Positions 24,756 to 32,000 of a DNA stretch of 32,000 bases are shown here, one piece after another (the first letter of the stretch is position 1; every line of letters begins with the position of its first letter). The notes under the pieces are model-generated. The model searched no databases. It saw nothing but the letters and a program-made list of their open reading frames with translations, and was not told where the DNA came from. Position numbers and translations under genes: made by a program. Source of the stretch: Opitutales bacterium (GTDB lineage: Bacteria > Verrucomicrobiota > Verrucomicrobiia > Opitutales > Coraliomargaritaceae); NCBI GenBank assembly GCA_049606355.1, contig JBMYVL010000003.1, forward strand, positions 1-32,000. The letters run 5' to 3'.

Positions 24756-26537
24756 ATGCCATCGATACGAATACTATCCGACCGAGTCGCCAATCAAATT
24801 GCCGCCGGTGAAGTCATTGAGCGCCCCGTTGCCGTCGTTAAAGAGTTAGTAGAAAATAGTATCGACTCTGGTGCGACGCGGATCGAGGTCGAGTTTCGTA
24901 ATGGTGGTAAGTCCTACATCCGCATTCAGGATAATGGCAGCGGCATGGCACCCGACGAAGCATTACTAGCTCTAGAACGCCATGCGACGAGTAAAATACG
25001 TGAAGCGGATGATCTCAACACGGTGGCGAGTTTTGGATTCAGAGGTGAAGCCCTGCCCTCAATCGCTTCTGTATCGAAATTCACCCTACGCACGCGATCT
25101 GCCGACCATGAACATGGGACAGAAGTGACGATCAATGGAGGGAAGCTCCTCAATAAGCGAGACTGCGGGATGCCAATCGGCACTACGATCGAAGTTGCGC
25201 AGTTATTCAACTCGGTACCAGCTCGCCGCAAATTCTTGAAGACCGATGCCACGGAAACGGCGCATATTACCTACACCACACGATTGTTTGCCGTCGCGCA
25301 CCCACACATTGCCTTTCGTCTCCTGGAGAATGGTCGCACCCTGTTTCAATCACCCGCCTGTGAACGCCTCAGTGATCGTATTGCTGAAATCTGGGGCCGA
25401 CAACTGGCTGCGGATTTAATTCCGATTGATGTTCAGGAAGCTTCCAGCGGCCTCTCAATCAATGGGCTGATTGCCAAACCCGGCGTCGGCCGAAATACAC
25501 GCCGTGAATTAATCACACTGGTCAATCACCGCCCGGTCGACAGTCGAACACTTGGATTTGCAGTATTGGATGCCTACCAAGGGCGCATTCAAAAAGGGCG
25601 CTTCCCTCCAGCCTTTCTGTTTGTGACTGTCGACCCGCAGGAGATCGATGTAAACGTGCACCCGGCAAAGCGAGAGATACGCTTCCGAAATGAGGGTGCC
25701 ATTCGTCGTTTTGTTCTAAATGCGGTCAGCACGACGCTGGATCAAACCAAGCTGAGCACCAATGAATCCCCCCTGCCTACGCCCCAAGGTGGGCAAGCAA
25801 ACGTGAGCGCGAAGCCTGCGATCCAACCACCTCGTAATCCGAAACACCGTGGAGTCCAACCCGAGGTAGTCGGCTCATGCACCGCCCAAACACCTGAACC
25901 AATCAGGCCAACAGTCGAGCCAACTGAAGGCAGGCCACCGGTAAAGCCGCAGGTCGATACGCCACAATGGAAATTAATCACTCGGCTGCAGCAACACTAC
26001 GCCCTCTTTGAAAGTCCGCGTGGCTTGGTGATGCTACACATTAGGCATGCGCACCAAAGAGTACGCTTTGAAACAATACAAAAAAGTTTTCACGAGGAAG
26101 CACCGACGAGCCAACGTCTTTTGCTGCCCTTGCCACTTGAATTTGAGCCCCTAGCCGCTGAAGCCCTCCAACGTCAACTAAAGCAATTGAACAGTTACGG
26201 CTTTGATATCCAAGAATTCGGTCGCAATTTTTATCGTATCGAGGCCGTTCCGATATGGCTGGATAGCCACCATGCTGAAGACTTCATCCGCGACCTCATT
26301 GATGCCGTACGGCAACGGGACATGAGCCGTAAACCGACCGAGATACTCACGGGAATCATGGCGCAACTCGCCACCAAAAACAGTTACCAAGCAAACGACC
26401 CAATCAACGCTGAGCAGGTCGAGGCTTTGCTCCGCGATTTGCTGCGTTGCGACAATCCGCACACCGCTCCGAATGGAAAACCCACACTCAGCGAAATCAG
26501 CTGGTCGGATTGGCGCCGACGCCTTGGTGACGATTAA
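24756..26537 (+). CDS. mutL: DNA mismatch repair protein MutL
   Basis: '[42 protein letters not shown]' is the GHKL ATPase, with '[15 protein letters not shown]' also present. A Pro-rich linker and a MutL C-terminal dimerisation domain follow. I prefer ATG at 24756 over the upstream TTG at 24738. Confidence 0.92.
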   Translation: MPSIRILSDRVANQIAAGEVIERPVAVVKELVENSIDSGATRIEVEFRNGGKSYIRIQDNGSGMAPDEALLALERHATSKIREADDLNTVASFGFRGEALPSIASVSKFTLRTRSADHEHGTEVTINGGKLLNKRDCGMPIGTTIEVAQLFNSVPARRKFLKTDATETAHITYTTRLFAVAHPHIAFRLLENGRTLFQSPACERLSDRIAEIWGRQLAADLIPIDVQEASSGLSINGLIAKPGVGRNTRRELITLVNHRPVDSRTLGFAVLDAYQGRIQKGRFPPAFLFVTVDPQEIDVNVHPAKREIRFRNEGAIRRFVLNAVSTTLDQTKLSTNESPLPTPQGGQANVSAKPAIQPPRNPKHRGVQPEVVGSCTAQTPEPIRPTVEPTEGRPPVKPQVDTPQWKLITRLQQHYALFESPRGLVMLHIRHAHQRVRFETIQKSFHEEAPTSQRLLLPLPLEFEPLAAEALQRQLKQLNSYGFDIQEFGRNFYRIEAVPIWLDSHHAEDFIRDLIDAVRQRDMSRKPTEILTGIMAQLATKNSYQANDPINAEQVEALLRDLLRCDNPHTAPNGKPTLSEISWSDWRRRLGDD

Positions 26538-26582
26538 TGCGAAATGTAAGTGGACACAGCCACGCTCGCACTTCAGTCCGCT

Positions 26583-27386
26583 TTAATCAGCGAGCGCTAG
26601 CGCAGCTGCCAGCAAGCGCACCAAAGGCTCTCGTACTCGATCTGCGGTCGCGGCGACCTCCTCATGACTGAGCGGTCCAGTAGATAAGCCAGCTGCAGCG
26701 TTTGTAATACAAGACAGGCCCACAACGCTCATCCCTTGCTGGCGCGCAACGATCGCTTCCGGAACGGTTGACATACCAACGGCATCCGCACCAAGCGTTG
26801 CAAACGCACGGATCTCGGCAGGTGTTTCAAAACTCGGACCAGTCGTCGCTAAGTATGTCCCTTCATTTAAAGAAAGGTTCTCTTCTGCCGCCCAGTCTCG
26901 AATACGCCTGCGCAAGACGGGGTCATAAACCGCAGACATATCGGGAAATCGTGGTCCGGCGAGTGCACTCAAACCGATCAATGGATTCGTACCCAAAAAA
27001 TTAATATGGTCCGCGATCAACATAAAATCACCGGGACGATAGGCGGGGTTGATACCACCTGCTGCATTCGTCAATACGAGCGTGCTCACACCCAAACTTG
27101 CCAGCAATCGAATCGGCAACGTTAACAACTCCATACTGTACCCTTCATAATAATGCAGGCGCCCCTGCATGCAAATGACCTTACGCCCTCGCATTCGCCC
27201 ATAAATAAACTGGCCCGAATGCCCAGGCACCGTTGCCGCGGGCAAGCCATCCAAATCAGTATAGGCGATACGACCGACAATCTCCAACTGTTCCTCCGCA
27301 AAAAAACCAAGTCCTGAACCCAATACGACTCCCAGCTCCGGCCTGAATTCGACCAGTTGATCCGGCAATAAAGGTAATGGTAACAT
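26583..27386 (-). CDS. punA: Purine nucleoside phosphorylase (trimeric PNP/PunA type)
   Basis: 'VLGSGLG', 'PGHSGQFIYG', 'MQGRLHYYEGYS', 'LTNAAGGIN', 'GPSFETPAEI' and 'GADAVGMSTVPE'. I prefer ATG at 27386 over the upstream TTG at 27428. Confidence 0.9.
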   Translation of the reverse strand: MLPLPLLPDQLVEFRPELGVVLGSGLGFFAEEQLEIVGRIAYTDLDGLPAATVPGHSGQFIYGRMRGRKVICMQGRLHYYEGYSMELLTLPIRLLASLGVSTLVLTNAAGGINPAYRPGDFMLIADHINFLGTNPLIGLSALAGPRFPDMSAVYDPVLRRRIRDWAAEENLSLNEGTYLATTGPSFETPAEIRAFATLGADAVGMSTVPEAIVARQQGMSVVGLSCITNAAAGLSTGPLSHEEVAATADRVREPLVRLLAAALALAD

Positions 27387-27496
27387 AAATAAAAGTCCCC
27401 GAGGTGGAGTCGGCAAAGATGCACCCAAATAACCATACCACTACAAGCCGAAGGACAATGCTTTTCCACTTGAAGCTCTTCCCACACGCCGACTTA

Positions 27497-27510
27497 GAGT
27501 TTGCAAACTC
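27497..27510. promoter_or_regulatory. Perfect 14-bp palindrome GAGTTTGCAAACTC, candidate operator in the punA/deoC divergent region
   Basis: The sequence is self-complementary over all 14 positions. It lies 33 nt upstream of the deoC ATG (27543) and 111 nt from the punA ATG (27386). Confidence 0.35.
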
Positions 27511-27542
27511 AACATCGTTCACTAGCAGTACCCAAAGCCTCT

Positions 27543-28226
27543 ATGTCACTGACCCCAACCCAATTTGCAGCCCATCTCGACGCTACGAATCTGCGTTTAG
27601 ATTCAACCGACAGCGATTTATGCGCTTTGTGTGATGAAGCGGCAGAATCTCGTTTTGCCGCAGTCTGCGTCTACCCAAGCAGTGTCACACTGTGCTCAAG
27701 CATTCTGTATAATAGTGATACCGCTGTGGGCACTGTCATTGGCTTCCCGCACGGACGCACCAGTCTCGAATGTAAGCGGGCAGAAGTCCTACGAGCAGCT
27801 CACGATGGCGCCAATGAAGTTGATATCGTACTGAACTATGCTGCCATTCGTGCCGGCGAAAAGAGTCTTGCTGCCGAGGAGGCCCTCGACCTCTGCCAAA
27901 CGGCGCACCAGTCGAACTTATTGACTAAAATAATTGTCGAAACCTGCTACCTCAACCAGCAACAAAAACTCGAAGCGCTGCAGATATGCGAGGCGGCCGA
28001 AGCTGACTTTATTAAGACTTCAACCGGATTTGGTTGTGCGGGAGCCAGTCTTGAAGATGTGCAACTTTTCAACGCACATCGCAGTGTGAATATAAAAATA
28101 AAGGCCAGTGGCGGGATAAAGGAACTCGATGTCGCGCTCAGCCTTATTACTGCCGGTGCGCAGCGCTTGGGCGTCTCCGCCGCTGGTGCGCTCTTACATT
28201 CCTTTGAGCAGTCCCTCGAACGCTAA
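27543..28226 (+). CDS. deoC: Deoxyribose-phosphate aldolase
   Basis: 'AAVCVYP', 'VIGFPHG', 'EVDIVLN', the Schiff-base lysine context 'DFIKTSTGF', and 'IKASGGI'. I prefer ATG at 27543 over TTG at 27501. Confidence 0.9.
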   Translation: MSLTPTQFAAHLDATNLRLDSTDSDLCALCDEAAESRFAAVCVYPSSVTLCSSILYNSDTAVGTVIGFPHGRTSLECKRAEVLRAAHDGANEVDIVLNYAAIRAGEKSLAAEEALDLCQTAHQSNLLTKIIVETCYLNQQQKLEALQICEAAEADFIKTSTGFGCAGASLEDVQLFNAHRSVNIKIKASGGIKELDVALSLITAGAQRLGVSAAGALLHSFEQSLER

Positions 28227-28248
28227 AGCATACGCTTCGTTTGGTGGC

Positions 28249-29277
28249 TCACTTGAAACCAAACAATAAGCGTAAGGTGGACAACGTGCCGGAGGTCATA
28301 GCGGGAGATCCTTGTACTTTTTGGAGCACCGCATGACACCGCTGAGAAGTGAGTAATTGAGGGTTATAGGTCAAGATGCCGACATCGCCAGCTTTACCGG
28401 ACAAACCGTCTGAATCAAAGCGCGGCGTCCACTCTTTAGGTAGCCCATACGCAGTGAATGCGACATCCCAAGCGACCACCTTACGGCCGGCATAAGAACG
28501 CGTCACCAAAGACGGATAGTTTTTCACAAAGTCAGGGACCTGATTGGTATACACCCGTATGCGTGCCGCAGCGGGAACCGCATTTAAATAATCGCCGAGG
28601 CCCTGCACCGACCCCTTACGAATCGCCGTGTAGAAAGCAAGTGGATCAATTCCCACAAGGTTCATTCCATTCCAAATACCATGTCGGTTGGGACTCTTAA
28701 ACTTTTGCCGATCATACCAGGCTTGAAACTGATCGGTAAGACGCACCCCGATCTCAAAATGCAGGTGCGCCTGCGACTGCGGGATCGTGTAACTGGCAGA
28801 ACGCCCCATGACCCCCAAAACACTCCCCGCCTGCACACGATCACCAACGCTCAGATCTACAGCAATTTTGGATAGATGCGCATACAGTGTGAAAAAAGCC
28901 GGCACCTCTGAATCATGTTCCACAACAATATAGCGACCATAACTACTGTGGCCCGCCGTTGTATTCATGTATACCACACGGCCAGGTAAGACCGCAAAAA
29001 TAGGATCTGCGGCTTCGCCGCGTTCATCATGACTTACCGGCAGTAGATCCAAGGCTTCATGAAAGCGTTGCCCATTATTGCGCACACAGCCAAAGAGACC
29101 AGATTCGACACGCCCCGAAGCGGTCGGCTGAATAAAAGCTTCGAGCGGCTGACCCAGCTGAAAGGCCGGATTTGGGGTCGGCCAGAGGATCCCAGCATCT
29201 ACGCAACAAAGGTTGAGTACCACGCTACCCATTAAAACCAGCAGATAAGGGGTTCGGTGGGAGGTGGCTCCGATCAT
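28249..29277 (-). CDS. M23 family metallopeptidase (secreted or membrane-anchored)
   Basis: N-terminal hydrophobic signal or anchor. 'FHEALDL' is the HxxxD motif, followed by 'LYAHLSKIAVDLSVGDRVQAGSVLGVMGRS' and 'AHLHFEI' (HxH). A C-terminal region of about 150 aa of unknown function follows. Confidence 0.85.
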   Translation of the reverse strand: MIGATSHRTPYLLVLMGSVVLNLCCVDAGILWPTPNPAFQLGQPLEAFIQPTASGRVESGLFGCVRNNGQRFHEALDLLPVSHDERGEAADPIFAVLPGRVVYMNTTAGHSSYGRYIVVEHDSEVPAFFTLYAHLSKIAVDLSVGDRVQAGSVLGVMGRSASYTIPQSQAHLHFEIGVRLTDQFQAWYDRQKFKSPNRHGIWNGMNLVGIDPLAFYTAIRKGSVQGLGDYLNAVPAAARIRVYTNQVPDFVKNYPSLVTRSYAGRKVVAWDVAFTAYGLPKEWTPRFDSDGLSGKAGDVGILTYNPQLLTSQRCHAVLQKVQGSPAMTSGTLSTLRLLFGFK

Positions 29278-29309
29278 ACGAATGCTACAGTTGTGCAGGA
29301 TAGATTGAT

Positions 29310-29807
29310 TTAGAGGATCAGGTCACCCAGGGTATCCTGTATCCGTAACATCAAATCCGATGATATCTCGACAACTGGAACAAGGTACTCCTGCTTTTGT
29401 TTGGTGTGCAAGTAGCGCTGTTCCCCCTGCTTCATACGTGGACCTACGGCACGCAGCACTCGCTTCCGCTCGAGCATTAAAGCGAGTATGTGCTTCAGCG
29501 CATTCGACTCCGCCTCCGCAGCCTCCGTATTATTTTGATACAATGACAGGAAGAAGCCCTCCGCCGAAGCCATTTGTTCACTTGCGCTAACCGTACTTGC
29601 CTCTGGATCCTTCAAAATCCGCGCCCAACGCCCCAACAAGTCTCCCTGAACTTCAAAACCTTCGGCCTCCGCAGCAAGTAAATCGTCCCGCGCGAGCTCA
29701 CCATCATCGTTACTAACATAAATCAAGCTGATGACTTCATCACCCGAGTTGAAAACTTGCTCCGACAGGCTCGACTTGCGAGCGATTGTTTTAATTTGCC
29801 AATCCAT
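29310..29807 (-). CDS. Hypothetical 165-aa protein
   Basis: ATG-initiated ORF ending 32 nt upstream of the M23 peptidase start. It has an acidic middle region and a C-terminal segment 'LKHILALMLERKRVLRAVG...YLVPVVEISSDLMLRIQDTLG'. No family recognised. Confidence 0.6.
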   Translation of the reverse strand: MDWQIKTIARKSSLSEQVFNSGDEVISLIYVSNDDGELARDDLLAAEAEGFEVQGDLLGRWARILKDPEASTVSASEQMASAEGFFLSLYQNNTEAAEAESNALKHILALMLERKRVLRAVGPRMKQGEQRYLHTKQKQEYLVPVVEISSDLMLRIQDTLGDLIL

Positions 29808-29940
29808 AAATCAAAGAAGCGAAGCTAGCAGTTCCCTATGTAAACCCTCAAGCTTCTTGTTATTTAACTTGCACCCATTCGAGCTCTAACAAAATTCAAA
29901 GTCTCGCTGCTACCTTCAGACTTCTCCTTTATTCTACCCC

Positions 29941-30621
29941 ATGAGTCGCACTATTGCTATCGGAGATATTCATGGGTGCGCTGATGAGTTTGAGGAACTG
30001 CTGGACGCACTTAACATCGGCCCCGAAGATCGCGTGATTCAACTCGGGGACCTAATCAACCACGGCCCCCACAGTCAGCGTGTGCTAGAACTGGCGCGCG
30101 CTTACAAGATCGAAGCGATCCTCGGTAACCATGAACTTCGATTACTCAATGCGCGCCGCAATAATAATGACGGCTTACTCAAGGACTACGATAAGCCAAC
30201 CTTCGAACAGTTAAGCGAAGAGGATTGGGTTTACCTCGAGGCGCTCCCAGATTACATCTACGACGCCGAACTCGAATCGATCTTTGTTCATGCTGGCTTT
30301 CTTCCAAATGAAGATTGGCGCAAGCAGCCGACTTCTGTAACGACACAGATACAGGTGATCGATCCACTGGGGCAGCCTGCGAAGCGCTCTCGCGCACCGG
30401 AAGCACCCGCATGGGCGGATTACTGGAAAGGCCCTCCCTATGTGATCTACGGACACACCCCGCGTCCCAAAGTCTACAAAACAAGCTGTAGTTTAGGAAT
30501 TGATACGGGTTGCGTCTACGGAGGCCGCCTTACTGCCTACGACGTCGAAGCAAAAACGATCCTGCAGGTACGCGCGCGCAAAGCCTACGCGCGCAGTCGA
30601 CACTTAACAGTCTCCGCCTAA
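29941..30621 (+). CDS. Metallophosphoesterase, PPP family (ApaH/PrpE-like bis(5'-nucleosyl)-tetraphosphatase or Ser/Thr phosphatase)
   Basis: 'IAIGDIHGC', 'QLGDLINHGP', 'LGNHE', 'VHAG' and 'IYGHTP' are the canonical calcineurin-like phosphoesterase motifs, in the expected order. Confidence 0.85.
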   Translation: MSRTIAIGDIHGCADEFEELLDALNIGPEDRVIQLGDLINHGPHSQRVLELARAYKIEAILGNHELRLLNARRNNNDGLLKDYDKPTFEQLSEEDWVYLEALPDYIYDAELESIFVHAGFLPNEDWRKQPTSVTTQIQVIDPLGQPAKRSRAPEAPAWADYWKGPPYVIYGHTPRPKVYKTSCSLGIDTGCVYGGRLTAYDVEAKTILQVRARKAYARSRHLTVSA

Positions 30622-30688
30622 ATTATAGGTTGTCATCAGATACAGACTAAGGCTGTGTCCCTTCCACCCTCTTATCAACGAACGGAAT

Positions 30689-31243
30689 ATGTCTGACCCT
30701 ACACAACACCTTGGCTTATTAATCCTTGATCTTCAAGACAGCCTGCTGAAAGCCATACCGGATAGTGATCGCTTGCTCAAACGTTGTGCATTTGCTGTAG
30801 AAGCAGCGGCATCCCTGCAGTGCAGCATTGCCGTTACGGAGCAAACTCCGGAAAAACTAGGCGCGACTTCCGCGACAGTACAAGCACTCCTGCCAGCACA
30901 AACGCCGGTCTTTTCAAAAGATTCATTTTCTGCGCTGGCATCCGAAGGGTTTAATCAATGGGTGCGGACAAATCAAATCGAACACCTGTTACTCATCGGC
31001 GTGGAAACATCGATCTGTATTTACCAAACTGCAGTACAGGCATTGAGTGCAGATATCGGCATAACGATACTCGCTGATTGCATCGGTGAGCGCAGAGCCG
31101 AGGATCGGCAGCCCGTACTGCAGCAACTCTTGTCGATGGATGCCCATGTACTGCCATCGGAGACGATCTTCTATAGCCTCCTGGGTGATGCGACACATCC
31201 CGAATTTCGTGCATTCAATCAATTAGTGACCCGTTACAGTTAA
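30689..31243 (+). CDS. Isochorismatase-family cysteine hydrolase
   Basis: 'LLILDLQD' gives the catalytic Asp context, 'FSKDSFSA' the Lys, and 'LLLIGVETSICIYQTA' the nucleophile Cys. Confidence 0.85.
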   Translation: MSDPTQHLGLLILDLQDSLLKAIPDSDRLLKRCAFAVEAAASLQCSIAVTEQTPEKLGATSATVQALLPAQTPVFSKDSFSALASEGFNQWVRTNQIEHLLLIGVETSICIYQTAVQALSADIGITILADCIGERRAEDRQPVLQQLLSMDAHVLPSETIFYSLLGDATHPEFRAFNQLVTRYS

Positions 31244-31274
31244 CATAAATTAACGCGTCACGACGCTACGCAGT

Positions 31275-31886
31275 ATGGACCCAAACTCACATTCAGAAGC
31301 CCCCGCACGAAAAATATCAAAGGAAGCAATCAACCAACTACCCCTGATTGCATGGGAAGGTACGATTGAAATTTTAACAACTGTAGAGCAAATGCAGGAT
31401 GCGGTTGAGACGCTTCAGTGTGAGTCGATTCTTGGATTCGACACAGAAACCAGACCCAGCTTCAAGAAGGGGGACTATTATCCGCCTGCATTAGTACAGC
31501 TCGCGACCGCCAACTGCGTTTACCTCTTTCGAATCTGTAAAATCAGTTCTTTTAAACCATTGCTGCCCCTCTTGGAAGCTACTGATATCCTCAAGGTTGG
31601 TGTTGGTATCCATGAAGATGTGAAGCAGCTCTGTGCGGTTGAGCAGTTCTCGGCGGCAGGATTTGTCGAAATTGCTGCGATCACCGATTCCATTGGCTAT
31701 GCAAACCGAGGCCTAAGGGCGCTAGCCGCGCTTTTGCTTGGTGGACGTATCAGTAAGGCAGCGCAAGTATCGAATTGGGCACGTCAAGAACTCGATCGTA
31801 AACAGGTTCGCTACGCCGCTACCGATGCTTGGATCAGCCGCGCCATCTATTTACGCGCGCTCGAAGAACAAGCCCAGACACACTAA
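31275..31886 (+). CDS. 3'-5' exonuclease domain protein (DEDDy, RNase D/WRN-exonuclease-like)
   Basis: Exo I is 'LGFDTETRP', Exo II is 'KVGVGIHEDVKQL' and Exo III is 'YAATDAW'. Confidence 0.85.
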   Translation: MDPNSHSEAPARKISKEAINQLPLIAWEGTIEILTTVEQMQDAVETLQCESILGFDTETRPSFKKGDYYPPALVQLATANCVYLFRICKISSFKPLLPLLEATDILKVGVGIHEDVKQLCAVEQFSAAGFVEIAAITDSIGYANRGLRALAALLLGGRISKAAQVSNWARQELDRKQVRYAATDAWISRAIYLRALEEQAQTH

Positions 31887-32000
31887 TAGGCACTGATGCT
31901 TAGGGAAGTCGAGTGCCTGAATCAAACAGTCGAATCATTACCTGCGGTATCCTCTTCGCTCACTGTAGCAGCAGCACTTGCATCCGATGACTCGGTAATC

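Noticed and set aside
24605-24811. A 68-aa plus-strand ORF in the yyaL-like/mutL intergenic region.
   Set aside because: It runs into the mutL N-terminus out of frame and has no protein-like features.
31887-32000. Open frames at the window end on both strands. The plus strand has ATG at 31895 ('MLREVECLNQTVESLPAVSS...'). The minus strand has a C-terminal fragment ending with a stop at 31922-31924 ('...SEEDTAGNDSTV*'). There is also a 7-bp stem AGGCACT/AGTGCCT (31888-31918).
   Set aside because: Both frames are open over fewer than 40 codons and cannot be distinguished from the available sequence. The stem has a 17-nt loop and no T tract.

Overview
This 32-kb window holds about 30 tightly packed genes with frequent strand switches, and almost all are core metabolism or housekeeping. 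In order they are: purL (single-chain FGAM synthase), a secreted Cys-type sulfatase, and a nine-gene co-directional minus-strand run. That run contains NfeD protease, SPFH/stomatin, an 81-aa Cys-containing ORF, DUF2062, a small membrane ORF, a hotdog thioesterase, a DUF2256 zinc ribbon, a cryptochrome/photolyase-family protein and TIGR03643. Then come nadK, cca, glgB, lptD, scpA, two small coupled ORFs, trxA with a clear intrinsic terminator, an orphan ORF, argH, a DUF255/YyaL-like protein, mutL, divergent punA/deoC, an M23 peptidase with a 165-aa hypothetical, and a metallophosphoesterase / isochorismatase-family hydrolase / 3'-5' exonuclease trio. I saw no rRNA, tRNA, CRISPR array, transposase, integrase, phage gene or recognisable defence system, so I cannot claim an obvious novel system. 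The gene content (sulfatase, LptD, large PurL, sporadic Shine-Dalgarno use) fits a Gram-negative marine heterotroph, possibly PVC/Verrucomicrobiota-like, but that is inference only. The leads worth a second look are: (1) the overlapping thioesterase/DUF2256/photolyase/TIGR03643 module, which has a divergent FAD-pocket segment; (2) a MutL whose C-terminal endonuclease metal-binding motifs look degenerate; (3) apparent strong over-representation of the palindrome CGATCG across the whole window; (4) a canonical EF-hand loop in a reading frame with a good SD but no start codon upstream of purL; (5) a perfect 14-bp palindrome in the punA/deoC divergent promoter region; (6) several uncharacterised small ORFs placed between known genes in operon-like arrangements.
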